A stretch of 61,736 nucleotides of DNA, the filler included, from Choristocarpus tenellus KU-1152 (taxonomy: Eukaryota > Protista > Phaeophyceae), in the NCBI GenBank assembly GCA_964200185.2. It is 9 parts of 9 records of this genome, joined end to end, with 100 filler letters (N's around TTAATTAATTAA, not from the genome) between each part and the next. Parts side by side here need not be neighbours in the genome. Positions count along the whole stretch, not along the records: positions 24,091 to 27,996 come from CAXNAD020017221.1; positions 28,097 to 30,706 come from CAXNAD020026298.1; positions 30,807 to 37,782 come from CAXNAD020006937.1; positions 37,883 to 56,776 come from CAXNAD020000511.1; 5 more parts are not named here. One strand, given 5' to 3'. Below the pieces are notes generated by a model. The model searched no databases. It was not told the origin of the DNA and was given only the letters and a program-made list of their open reading frames with translations. This document shows positions 25,700 through 38,853 of the stretch, in pieces. Positions within the stretch are counted from its first letter, which is position 1. Each line of letters begins with the position of its first letter. The position numbers and the translations under genes were made by a program.

Positions 25700-27996
25700 C
25701 ATGCTCGAGTCCTTACGGAACCCATCCAGACTAGTTCCTACCAGATTACGCAAGGCAAGGCGGAGGAGGGTACAGGGACAACATTTGAGCAATGGGTCGA
25801 GCCCTAAATAGGGTTGCGAATTGTGGTCTCAAGAATACAGGTATGTCACAGACATTGGATGGGGGAGATCCCCAACAGCCTTCTAAGGTAAGAGAAGTTC
25901 AAGAACGTACAGAGGAAGGGGGGGGGGGAGAGAGAGAGGAGGCTAGACTTCCAATCAAAAACAAGCTGAAGCCCGTCAAAGCATCCAATGTTACAGATCC
26001 CATCCCAAACCAAGAGTTCAGTGTCAGAAATACAGGAATGTGTGGGTAGCCAAGAGTGGGGGTACCAAGTGTGAGGAGGCATAGCCGTAAGTGATAGAAC
26101 CCAAAAACAACATTAATGGACTTTATGCAGGAGTAATATACCATACCCCAAGGATAGTTCATTAGAAACTAGGTGGCTTGGGCACATAAATTCTTACCAC
26201 AAATCTATACAGGAGACTAAGGTGGGTTATAGATCCCGCGAGTCTGCCCTGGGGTTTTATTTTGGCGGCTGGCCTACCCGTTGGGAGTACGCCAGGAGGG
26301 GGGATGCTTGGGTAGACTAGTGGGAAGGGACGGGGTCAGAGGGATAGACATAGAGCAGGGATTAGATTATCAGGGGAAGGATAGTGGTGCAAAGTACGAC
26401 AGCCCATGAGGGTGGTCAAGAAGTACAGAGTGCATCAAGAAGGATATCAATGGAAGGGGGACAAAAAGAGAGGGGGAGAGTATACCAATCGTCGTGCGAG
26501 AATGGTTGGGGAAGGTAGGGAATGCAGGGGTAGGGGTACCAAAGATAGGGAAAAGATAAAAGAGGTTCAAGTAACATGAAGATGAGACACCAAGTCTGCA
26601 GTGCAATGGTTTGTAAGTGGGGGGGTGGGGGCAAGAGACGAGAGGGCGGGAGGAGTGATGAGGAGGGGAAAGATAAGAGGTAGCGAGGGAACGATCATTC
26701 GCAGCAGAACATGATAGAAGAATGATCAGATAGATGGAATATCAGGATTGGAAAAGGAACGCACTCAATCTAATCTCCAACGTGCTGATCCATACGTTGA
26801 CTGGCAGGAACAGACCAAGGGTTTGGAATGAGAGACAGTGTGATTAAGTAGGTCAGAGGCTCAGTTGCGCCATCTACTCAAAGGTGTGATAGAAACAGTT
26901 GGGATTCTGTACATAGAGAGGGTTGAGTAGGTGGTGGGACCGTAGAATTCGATATTTGGATGGGAGAAAGGCGTGTGGGGAGTTCACGCACGTGGTGTCG
27001 CTGGAGGAGGGGGGGGAACCGCGTAGGTACAATCAAAGACTAAGATTTCAGCAATCCACTACTTCTGCTAACAATTTCCTGACATCAAACTTCCCACAAC
27101 ACACCATGATTTCCACAGGGCCAAAGGTATGGGGAGAAGTCACACAAAAAACAGGCAGTCAGCCTAAAAGGAGGAAACCCCTGACATAGAGAATGATTGT
27201 AGAAATATTGCAATGTACAAAAATGTTGGGAAGGGAGGGTAAATTTGACTAGGGTAGGATTGGGGTCCTCATTCGTTTTATTAGCAAGAGCGTTGGAGCT
27301 TTGAGCGTATGATGAGGGAAAGGGGGGGTGCTTGGAGATTATAAGGTAAGGAGAAAAATAGTAGAGAGGAAAGGGGTAGAGAGCCTAGGGTGGGAGGATA
27401 GGCACAAAGCAGAAAATGTTGAGGTGATATTCAGGGGGTGAAAGGGGGACCAGGGCAGGAAGGGAGCAGTGTTGACAGGAGTCAGAGTGGGGAAGGGAAG
27501 AGGGTAAGGGAGTAGGGAGGGGTTCTGAGGTGGAACTAGCAATTATGAAAGGTTTCCCAGAGCTACCCCCGGATGCCCCACTGATGGCATCGAGGGAGGG
27601 AGAAAGGTGGAGGGTAGTGACGAGGGGGCAAGCAACATGTAGCCTGAGAAGAATAGCAAAAGTGCTAAAGTTGAAACCCAGAAGAATATGATACGCATTT
27701 AGGGAGGATAGGGGGAGCCACCAGGCTGGTAATCTGGGGAGTTTTAGAGATGGTAATTGAAAGGGAGGGGAGATGGAAGTCGAGTGCGTTCATGATGTAT
27801 ATCAGGGCCAACCAAAGGGACTTGGTGTGGGTTTCAATGGGTCTGTCAGAGAGTATTGAGGAATGGGTTCAACCAGAGCAGGACTTAAAGTCTGATCTAG
27901 AAGAAATCGACCCCAAAGGGGAGGAGAGATCAAGTTCGGGCGGGGTAGATGTCTTCTAGCTCAAAGGCACAGTATGAAGGGGATGATGAAGGGGGG
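25700..27996 (+). mobile_element. Tyrosine-recombinase (DIRS/Ngaro-type) retrotransposon remnant: RNase H plus YR pseudogenes
   Basis: RH-like DTKSAVQW...DGIS at ~26580-26750. YR pieces KISAIHYF, VEVIFRG*KGDQGRKGAVL, YDTHLGRIGGATRL and VIEREGRWKSSAFMMYIR (H-x-x-R...W...Y catalytic region). Many stops and frameshifts. Confidence 0.88.
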
Positions 27997-28469
27997 NNNN
28001 NNNNNNNNNNNNNNNNNNNNNNNNNNNNNNNNNNNNNNNNTTAATTAATTAANNNNNNNNNNNNNNNNNNNNNNNNNNNNNNNNNNNNNNNNNNNNGGGT
28101 TCCCCACGCGCGTATACTGCTCGCGCCAGTCAAAGCGCGGGAAGAAATACTCGCGCTACTCGCCTGTAACATTATCGCAGGAAAAGGTTTCTGTCAAGTC
28201 ATATTTGAGATAGAGAGTATTTGCTATGACACAAGTGGCTTTCTTGAGATACGTGATGTATTTCAAGCTAGAGACACCACGCAGGTGGGCAAAAAGGGGC
28301 CTGACAGATTGCCAATATATTCCAACAGGTGGAAAAGAGGGTTGAGAGTGTAGTAATAGATACAATCAAACATGCATCCCTTCATATCTAGCGATAAGCA
28401 ACTAATCTCTGTGTTGATGAGAGCAAAAATATTAATTTTGCCTAAGGCCCTCGTTTTCGTGATGGTGTA

Positions 28470-28757
28470 GTGCACAGGTAAACTTCCCTTCTTTGGGAAC
28501 CCTCACAGACATTGCGGAACCTCCACAACCATTGGAGAAACCCCACTATATATTTTTTTCACTTTTTCGAACACATTTTTGAAACCTGACGTTATCTCTA
28601 ACCCTACTCCCTTATCATTTTCGATTATCTAACCCTAACCCTAACCCTAACCTGTGTATGAAAATCAACCCTAAGCTTCATTTAAAGAAGAGAACAAAGT
28701 GTGTCAGTGTGGGTTCCCCAATGGAGGTTCCCGAAGGTAGGAGGGTTCCCCTGTGCA
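28470..28757 (+). mobile_element. Non-autonomous TIR element carrying (CCCTAA)n (family T)
   Basis: Ends gtgcacagg / cctgtgcac are inverted, with inner inverted gggaacc / ggttccc. ctaaccctaaccctaaccctaacc lies at 28628-28652. Confidence 0.7.
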
Positions 28758-30503
28758 CTTCAGAGGCATGGAACGACTTTTTTTTCTTGATTCTTTACAA
28801 TTTGTTTGAAACTCAGATTAAAGTATCACAACAATCCTTCGTAACACTATTATTATTATTATCGAGAATATAGACTGAAATTTCCAATAAATTGGAGGTC
28901 TACACTGGGTGAAGGTTTTGTCAAGAAATAATCACTCGGGTTCATACGATGGGTCTTCCTTACTCTTCTCTTCATCCCACAGCAATAATTTGACCACTTT
29001 CGTCACTATTTATAATTTTGTGATGCGTATGATGAGTTGTGTTTTGAATTGGATGGACCCACTACAGTTGCATACTGAATCCTCCCCCTCCCCCTTTTTC
29101 ACATAGGACCTGGTGATGTGTGATGATGGTATACACATTAGATGATCGTGCATTAACTTTGTTTTCGATAAATATAACTAGAAATGGGCAGATCACAAAT
29201 CAGGGTTACTACACTTCTAATTCTGGCAAACAAAAACGTATACAAAAACCCGAACTCCTCTACTTCCAATAATACATCGCTTCATTCCTCTGGATATAAT
29301 TCAAAGTTAGATCATAAAATAGGCAGGGTGATCTTCTTTCGTTATGGAAGCAACGTGTATGGAGTGAGGGGGTGAGAAAAATACAATTCCGTGAAGGAAT
29401 GTTGAATGAAATCGAGGGATCGGTGTTTTGGTTTTGAATCAGTCGTGGGTGGTGATATTCTACAAGGCTATGGAGCGTGCATTCGTATCGTACATTTATT
29501 GTTGAAGTCTTCCGAAATGATTGGGTTTACAAGGTGGGAATGATGGGGGAATGCAAAGAAAGGTTGAATGAAGCCATGGTTAGACGATTTGATGTAGTAA
29601 GGTATCTTGCATTGCCAAGCGATAAGTACCGAGATTCCGTAAGGTGGAACTGAGAGTGAACGAGGGGAACGTTAGATCCTGAGTCCCCTACACAAGAACG
29701 TTGAAAATAATTATTTCGTGTACCACCCGAGTTGATATTTATGTATCCTGTTAGGAATTGTAGATTATATGTGAGTGTCACATATATACATTTCGAAGGG
29801 GCACTTGAATTTCTTTGTTTCCGTTCACAGGTGTACCTGAGAGATGTTCTTATTTTCTTCTTCTCTCTCTCTCCTTCCGTCATTGTACATTTCTCCTCTA
29901 TAATATACTCCGGAGTACATCATTATGCCTCTGAAAACTCAACTCAATATCATAAGAACCCCCGTTAAAGTAACAATTGTCGTAAATGTGGAAGATATCT
30001 CTCGTACTATTTGACTACCAGCTATGTGCTACACCTCTCTCCTGCTATGCTTCCAACCTAGCTTAGCCCTAAACCAACAGGGCGAGGAGCGAGGAAAGCA
30101 TCCCAAGAATCTGACAGGCCCCTCCTTGCCCATCTCCCTGGTGTTTCCAGGTTAAAACACACGGCACGTCTTGATAGAGTCACTTGCGATATATAAATAC
30201 GTTTCAGGAAGGATATGTGACATTAATTTGAACAACATAGTTATATAAACATATTTTTCTCGTAACCAAGTTCTTTAAACCAATTTCATCGTTGTGGAGA
30301 GAGCACTCCAATTGGTCAATTCAAATACCACAATCAATTGACACTTGTTCTTTTGGGAAGGCAGAAAACTTCAAAGAACGATGAAAACAAGACATCGATT
30401 TAAAATCCCTGGTCAGATTCCTTCCAGGAACACACTATACACATACGTCTTTAAGAATATGTCCTCGATTATCAAAAGAGAAAAAAACTCCACTGTGGTA
30501 ATT

Positions 30504-30680
30504 GGCTCAAAGTATCTGGGAGGGGGTAGCAGTTGTCCATTTGGGGTCAGTTTTTTCATGTCGCGTTTTTTGGGCGATTTGGTTGCATAGGTCGGATGGA
30601 TAATAATGTAAATGCACTTTTCCTGATTTTGGTCAAATGGACACCCTGGTGTAGTCCCCCCCCCCCAGATACTTTAGGTC
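30504..30680 (+). mobile_element. MITE family B, full copy with TSD AATT
   Basis: ggctcaaagtatctggg ... ccagatactttaggtc. Flanked by aatt on both sides. Confidence 0.9.
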
Positions 30681-30806
30681 AATTATGGATAACCGGTAAC
30701 GATATGNNNNNNNNNNNNNNNNNNNNNNNNNNNNNNNNNNNNNNNNNNNNTTAATTAATTAANNNNNNNNNNNNNNNNNNNNNNNNNNNNNNNNNNNNNN
30801 NNNNNN

Positions 30807-30865
30807 CCAAGCCCCACAAATGGACAAACAGGGAAAAATTGGTACCCTCTACGATAGTTTCACTC
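30807..30865 (-). mobile_element. MITE family A end at contig edge
   Basis: aaatggacaaacaggg...gtaccctctacgatagtttcactc. Confidence 0.8.
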
Positions 30866-31478
30866 AACTTTATTTGAATGTAGAACTGTACCCTGTCTAA
30901 AAATTCTCCGAAGGACTAGGGAGGAAAGTCTTGTTGAAGTTGCTCACAATGTTTTACTTAGAACTGATGGGATTTTGCTTATGACTGAAAAAAAAAATGT
31001 AGAAAATATCTACCAAAATAGACACAGTATATGTAGTAGGAGGCATTCAATGCCCTTGAATGGTGCACCTACACTACAACCTAGTTGAGAAGTACTCAGA
31101 AAGAGTACAGACTTTGTAACACGGCAGTTCATGGATTTGGTATTTATTTATCCCTACTGGAGAAGTTGGATCCTTTTTGCTATTCCAAGCAGGCCTTATC
31201 CCCAGAGAGATGCCAGGAATTTGTGCATCTCCACAGCAATTGACGCAGGACTGTCTAACCCTCCAGTCTGCTGAGGCATGATAGGGCATACCCACTAGGC
31301 AGCAATTTGGTTAGAGGGGGTGTGGCAGTGGTAGGATGATTAACTGAGCTGAACCTGAAGTCTGTCAACCTTTGATATGCAAGTTCTCCTTGTGAGAAAC
31401 TGTTAGCATGGGTGCACAAAGATGTGTGATGTTTCAAGCAATGCTTCCATGCCTGTCTACGCGGTTTGTATGGCTCAG

Positions 31479-32620
31479 GTTGGAAAGTGGGAGGTGAAGC
31501 GTGCCTTGCAGCAGGGCACCAAAGAGCTCAGGGGGAAGGCATTGGCCAGTAGGGAGGATATTGAGCAACTCCTGACCGAGTTGAAAGCACTCAACAAGTC
31601 TATTTCCAGGAGGGGTGGACAGGTAGGTGTGTTAGGATTGAAGGGATGATAATCGGGTGAGGAAACAGAGGAAATTTCTCCACATCTGCAAGGGTTTTAT
31701 CTTTTCTATCTGCTTGAACATTGAGCCAAAGTATCTGAGAGGGTAGAGTAGCGTCTATTTGGGGGTCAAAATCCAATGTTACGTTTTTGATGTAATTTTG
31801 GCTATCGTGTTTGTTAGGAAGTGTCAATATCTATGTTTCGGACGCATCTTTTCATAACATACACATTTTACCTACTCCTAAACATTTTGCAGTGGGAAAA
31901 TGTCATAAATAAAACATGGGAAACCAAGCCCCAAATGGACATACAGGGTAAAACTTGTACCCTAACCCTAAGATACTTTCACTCATTCCCGAAGTATACA
32001 AGCACAAACTGTACAAAACGGTCATATTCAGATAGCGTATACTCCCAAAACATCCCAATGAATTTATTGTATTGACTGTTAGAACATTAGGGGTAGGATT
32101 TTATGAAGAGTGCTGTGAAGCTAGCCCTGCTTGAGATACTGGTCCTGACAAAAGTTAGGGTTGCTGTTGGTATATACTCCCATGTATGGGGGTGGAAAAA
32201 CAAATTCAGTCTGAACAAGAAAAAAAAAAATCCTTAATCACAATTGGGTGCTGCAAGCAATTCAATCTGAAGAGCAATGACACCTTGATGTTGCAGGGGG
32301 AACAGAAGGAGCTGACTCAGTCAGACAACAACTATGAGACTCTTGATGGTGACCTCAACTCCTACTTTTGCCTCAAGAGCCCAAAACGCAGTGTCCCAGA
32401 GGATGGTGTCCACAATCAAAAACAAATTGACACTGGTGTCAAGACATTGGTTGGGGAATGCAATGGTTTTGTGGGGCAAGATCAGGAAGAATCTGAGTGT
32501 GCAGGTGTCGATGGTAGATCTTCTGGGTCCCTATCGTCGAATGAGTGCCTCAGTGGAGAAGATGATGTCAACATCGAGGGAGTAAGAGCTTCAACCAAGA
32601 AAAGGTACTTGACATCATGA
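31479..32620 (+). CDS. 3' exons of a protein of unknown function
   Basis: Exon 31479-31622 (VGKWEVKRALQQGTKELRGKALASREDIEQLLTELKALNKSISRRGGQ) splices in phase 0 to 32258-32620 (QFNLKSNDTLMLQ...KKRYLTS*). Confidence 0.6.
31723..31984 (-). mobile_element. MITE family A, full copy; one TIR contains ccctaaccctaa
   Basis: gagccaaagtatctgagagggta ... gtaccctaaccctaagatactttcactc. Confidence 0.92.
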
Positions 32621-34606
32621 CAAACGTTTGCCGAATTGGTGAACTCAATCTTGGCTTTATTGTTGGAGACTTTTTTTGCGAATCTCTTCATATGCATAAG
32701 TATACAACAACAGGTAGTTCAACTGTTGGGATGAGACTAGGAAGAAAAGGGAAACTAGTTCACTAGCTTCAATTCTTTGTTTATTGCTCAGTTCTCCAGA
32801 GTACTCATCTACTTCACCTGTATGTGTTTTTTGGTACTATCCCATCCATATGATAAGACCCTGGCCATCCTTGTGATGCAGGCAAACAGCTCGTACAGAC
32901 ACAAACCTAATCATCAACTACCCTCCCTACTACAATGAACATCATAGAGGCAGTGCCTCACACAGACAAGGGAAGGCCAGACAGAGGAAATCTCAGCAGA
33001 AGTCCCACCCTGGAGCTAGAGCCTACCCAGGGACAGGATTTGACCGTGCAATACCAGAGCCCCTCCTTCCTGAGGACGTGTCTGCCCTTTTTCATACCCC
33101 TCTCCTTCCACCCCCTGGCAGGGAGGCTATGAAGTGCACCTTGACACTCCCTTCCTCAATATGGGAAATGCCAGTGGGGCATAGCAAGTTGAAATTCCAA
33201 CACAATCTTGGCAGTACTAGGAATGGAATGAGGAAGGACTCAGGCAGAGGGGGAAAGGGGGATTGAGGGTAGAATAGAGGAAATGATGAAGTGAAGGTCG
33301 GACGAAATTCCATTGATGCTTATACCATGCCCTGGAGCCTGGCCTTTTTGGTGATATGGGTGGTAATACCAACTGACAGGGGTCGAGCAGGAGAGAGGAG
33401 TATGGCAAGATTCACCATCTCACAGTCCCAATGTCAAAATATGCTTTCCCTACTCTCCCAAACTCTAACCTGAGGCTTCGTAGCACTACCCAGTCATTCA
33501 ACCTGCTCGACCACTCCCGCTCATGAAAACATTTGAGGTTTGAATTGTGTCCACACAGATGATGAGAACTACTTGCACTATTATAACCCAATGTGATTGA
33601 GAAAGTCAGAAGCATCAAGCTAGTCAGATTATGATTGGGAACATTTCAAATATCAAATACACCCAATTTGGGTAACTGTGAACATGTCATTGAATGTGTC
33701 ACATTTGCTTAAAAAGTAGAAATGTACCCATAGCACAGCAACTTGTCTGTTTGCTGCCCAAGCACGTTCTGTCTGGGCTAACAGAACTCCCCAGGAACAA
33801 AAGAGTCATAATTAAGCACAAAACCACGTGCTCTTCAGCAGTGCAGAGCTAAAGGGAACACCAGTCAAAAGGAGCTGCAGAGCAAGAGCGGAATGACCCA
33901 CTCCTAACTAGGAGCATGATCTGCTGGGACTGACCCTCAGGGAAAGTTAAGCATCACACCATGAGGAGCTTTTGTACACAAAAGTACAGAACTGCGTGCT
34001 GTTGTTTCAATGCCTTCAAACTGCCAAAGCAGATTTCAGATTTCACATGTGCACCAACCGGCTCAACATACAGCATATTTTTTTTCTCATGTTCCTATTC
34101 ACAGCTTCTATTAGTAATATCAATGCCAGCACTATCATATTATAAAGACAACAGAAAGTGGTTGAACAGATACAGATAGCGGTCATAGGAACAGAACTTC
34201 CGGTCAGAAGTACCTTGTTAAAAAAAAATGGATGAAGGACCAGCCAGGTATATACCAACATGTCTATTTTAGCACTGTGGACTAAGAAGAAGGAGAGCGA
34301 TCACTAAAAGAGGACAAAGGTAGGGCAAACCCTATTCGTAACCCCCAACCTGAGCTAAGCCTTGAATCCGAAGTTTCTCCAAAAATGACTTCAGCAAAAA
34401 AATAATCCGGTACCATATTTGCAAGGGGGGTGGGCAGCGAACACAGAACTTCAAATTCTCAACACAGGACAGCCAATTGGAACAGATGTAGGGATTGCAT
34501 GCAACAGAACAACACTCTCTCCAACAAGGCCTCCTAAACACCAACAACTCCCCAGCCGTTCACAGCAACAACTACGTAAGGCATTGACGATGGCAGCACT
34601 AATCCT

Positions 34607-37600
34607 TTACCAGTCCTGGACTTTCTTCCGGTTTTCTTTGACCTGAATGTTCAGTAATACATAGTGGCAAAACAGGTATGCACAGGAGAGGGGAGAAGTG
34701 GCGAAACAATGTAGCTTGGGTTATATAGCAAAAGCAGTAGAAAGTGGTTGGGATGGAAGAAGTGGAATTTTTAGTGGGGGGGAGAGGAGGGGGTACTCCT
34801 TGGTGGTCAACTGCAGTTTTCTTTGAGGTGCCATTCTATTGGCAATGTGCAATACAGCATATACACCTACCCCTGTACCATGGAGAAAAGCACCTACACA
34901 TGTACACTAAGGTATAACCACTTTAAAGTATTATTTATGCATGTATGTATCTTGGAATAAACAATGGGACTGGCTTCTTTGGACCAGGTTGAATAATGCT
35001 GATTCTATGCATGTCTTGATACACGGGTAGATGCAGCTGTGTGAAAATATCTTAGTATCTTAGGGTTAGGGTACAAGGTTTGCCTCGTTTGTCCATTTGG
35101 GGCTTGGCTTCCCACGTTTTTTTTAAATGACATTTTACCTAATCCGCAACGTTTTGGAGTAGGTAAAATGTATACAATATGAAAAGGTGCCTCCAGAACA
35201 AGGATACTGACACTCCCTAACAAACACAATTGCCAAAATTACATCAAAATCAAAACATTGGATTTTGACCCCCAATCAGATGCGGCTCCACCCTCTAAGA
35301 TACTTTGGCTCTGTCTCAGGTCAATGTATTCATTGGGATTTAGGGCAGGTGCCTATATACAGAGGAGATTATCACCAGGATATACTTTTGCTAGAAGAGG
35401 ATAAGGACAACCACAAGGGGAGATTGGAGGTGCTGTACTATACATAACATCCAATATCCAAAACCTCAGATATCTGACTACAGAAGCAAGGCTGTCACTG
35501 CAATAAGGTGGCGGGGTGGTGGAGGAGTGTCCACGTGTGTGCCACTCAACACTATATGTACCACTGGTGGCAAATACATTTACTTCCAGGAGTAGCAAAT
35601 CCTCTCAACACATTATATTCGAAAACGCATGTAACAAAGATATTCCCTCTGATGACAAATGCATGCAACACGTGGCAGTGGTCAAAGCCCCCAGTTGCAC
35701 ATGTACAGTACGATCGCGTAGTGAGGCCCACATTAAGCAAAATAAAACTACAACAATCAGACATAATCAGATAACAGAGTCCCGAGCCCTACATCTCGGC
35801 ATCGAGGCGCTCAAGCAACAGGAAAGACCACTCTAGAGGCTATCTGACCTGTGAACGAAACCTCTTCTCAGCCTTGCGGATGGCTTTGCCCTTCTTTCCT
35901 ATTCCAGTTCGCATGTTACGTTCCTTTGGGGGCACCACCGCCTGCTTAACCATCTCCGTCAGCTTCTGCACAGCAGTCAGCCTATTCTGCCGTTGAGTCC
36001 TGCATACCAGGGCATAAACGCAGGGATCACATATTCTGTACTGCACAAATCCGTCCATTCTGCACGTATAGCCCATTGGTTAAACAGACCACACCGTAGG
36101 GTAAAATGACATACTATTTAAAACAATCAAGTCAAGTTTGTATCCCGACAAGTCTCTGGGGTACAATCACTGACCACCGTGATGGCCCTAACTGGTGCAA
36201 TCTCCTATAAAATTACTGAGGCCAAGCCAGTGGGTCCCAAGTCTATAACTGTAAGTCCTTAGTAATATACCCCACGTAACCCACCTGTGTTCCTGTGACG
36301 TGACCACAAGCTCACCATTCTTGTTCACTCTTCCACTCTGTTGCTCCATTAACCTTTCCTTCACATCATCCTCAAGCCAATCAGCATCTGGAACACTGAA
36401 CCGAATCTCTACCTTAGTGCTCAGCTTGTTCACATTCTGACCTCCTGACCCAGACGACCTTCCCTCATCACCAGAGGGGTACGGGGTGGAGGGTTAACAT
36501 GTAGGTGTATTAGGCTAGTTAAGCGTGTTTTCTAATTTCAACATGACAGGACAACAAAACACAAGAGCAGGCACACTGGAGAAGAGCGCTGGGAGGCAGC
36601 TGTGAGAACCTCACAACATGTTACACCACCTACTACACATATGACCATTTATAGCACTCACTGATAACACTACACCTCTCAAAAGAACACTAGTCCTCTC
36701 ACATTTGTACTTATTTTCTAACCTGTTGAGGTATTTGCTGGAAAAGTACTAATATTCAACAATGTCACTGCCGTACATACATTGCCATATCCTCATCGTC
36801 CTGGACCACTCTGTTAGCTAGAACAGTCAAGAGATGAAAGACAGGCAAGGTGTCACAGGACAGAGTGTACCCTATGGCTACAAAAGACACTTTTAACATG
36901 AAGTGGTGTTGAGTGCTGGAGCAGCAACAAATGGTCCTTTGCAGCAGTTGGTCGATCTCACTCATTCATTCCGCCCTCATATACCAAAGTACAATGCAAC
37001 GTAAGCAATGGAAACCAGCCAAAACTCAAAAATACATCAGTACACCATGTGTGACTAGGAGGGCCACACAAAATATGGCAACATTACAAGCTGGAAATAA
37101 ATGGACAGGAAATGAACTTCTGCATTGCTTCCTATCCATTGCCAGAACCTTGAAACTGTCCAAGTAGATAACTTGATGGGAACCTTGGCCCAGACATCAA
37201 ATTCCACTCTGTTTAAGGCAATGCTTAGGATAAGGCACAAAAAAGGAACAATATATGTGCTGTTCAAGTACACATATCTCCCCCTTTACAATAGAGGTCT
37301 TTTTTGGCTCTCCCAGGTCTGTCATCTCTTTACCCAGTGCATTGCCAAAAAAAAAATCAACAACTTCTAACATCGATGTTCACTGCATACTCACGTTCGC
37401 AAGTACCTTCAAATAAGGGATTTTTCAATATGAGAGGGCAACAAGGATCTCTAGCATAATACAGGAACTAAGAATCGGGTGGGTCTTCGTGACATAGTAC
37501 AAAATAGAAATTATGTACTTGAAGTTCTGCACCTGGTGAATGAGATGTCTAGCTTTTCTTCTGGGATGTTGACCTCTACTATCTTCTTGACCTCCTTCAC

Positions 37601-37782
37601 TTGTCCTAATCCCTCAACTGCATCTTTTGCCCCCTTTAAATCATCAGCTTCCCCATTTGTTTCCTCCGATTCGATAGCTGAAACTGCGTCGACCTGTGAG
37701 GCCTTCTTGGATGCCTTTGACTTTCCTGATCTACCAGCCTTAACTTTCCTACCCCGCGAGCCCACCCGCCCGCCCTCCTCCC
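34607..37782 (-). CDS. ICT1: ICT1/mL62-ArfB-like organellar peptidyl-tRNA hydrolase (RF-1 GGQ domain), 5' truncated
   Basis: Exons 37782-37533, 36458-36285, 35999-35849, 34642-34607 give IPEEKLDISFTR|SSGSGGQNVNKLSTKVEIRF...WL...RVNKNGELVVTSQEHR|TQRQNR..AVQKL..MV...KAEKRFRSQ|VKENRKKVQDW*. GGQNVNK and the basic tail are diagnostic. Confidence 0.93.
35039..35311 (+). mobile_element. MITE family A, full intronic copy; left TIR contains ttagggttaggg
   Basis: gtgtgaaaatatcttagtatcttagggttagggtac ... ccctctaagatactttggctc. Confidence 0.9.
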
Positions 37783-38853
37783 NNNNNNNNNNNNNNNNNN
37801 NNNNNNNNNNNNNNNNNNNNNNNNNNTTAATTAATTAANNNNNNNNNNNNNNNNNNNNNNNNNNNNNNNNNNNNNNNNNNNNGGTGACAGGGGTTCAGAC
37901 TTGTGCCTCTCCGATCTTGGAAAAAGGGACCCTGAGGGAACAGTCCCCCCCCCCCCCCCCCCCTCCCAGATAATTTGAGCCTTAATCCCTCGTCATTGGT
38001 TGTCAATTCTTGGCATAAAGTCATATGTTGCTTACACATTAGGAAGCGCTAAACTCCTAGAAACGGTGTTATATGATTACTACTACATTTTGCATACATG
38101 AAAGAGAGGTTATTATTTATTTTGGTAGAGCTTCAGATAATCTCAGATTCTGTAGGTGTATTATATGGTTGCTACTGTTATTATCCTAACTTTGGGAGGG
38201 TGATTCGTCGATACAACATGAAGGTGGTGAGCTGGAGTGGAGCTGGACTCCAAACTTCCAGCCTTATCAATCAATCCCAGACCCCTTTAGGATAACACTA
38301 TGCTATAGCATCTCTCCATGATATGCCTGCCCCACACCTATATACTCTAATGAAACTCCCATACCTTTATTCCTTCTGCAAAGTTTTGTCCTCATTTCTT
38401 TCTTTGCAACACTGATTGCACACTTTCTATTGGTAGTACCACACAGATGATGAAGCACTGTCACTGGGCATTTATGATAGGCATTATGCTTTCAACCCAT
38501 ATCCCGACCCTTAAGGCTGAGTTACAATTTAGGGCAAGGAAATAGAAGTGGAGTATTTAAATGGCAAGACAGAGAGATTTAAATGGCAAGACAATACATA
38601 CAGTGTCTAGAGGGTGGGACAATATCAACGTAAAAAGAAGTTGTAACGATTATCAATACTTTCAACCCTTCAATTTTCGGATTATTTTCCCCTCACATTA
38701 TTTCTTTGGCTGATCCTATCCCAGCCCCCTCCTGATATCCTCTATAAAATAATTTTCAGCAATCAAGATAGAATCATCAAAACACACATACCCACTTGTC
38801 TCAGACTTACAAGATATACTATTGTCTCGTTGCATTCATGGATGGCGTGGAAG

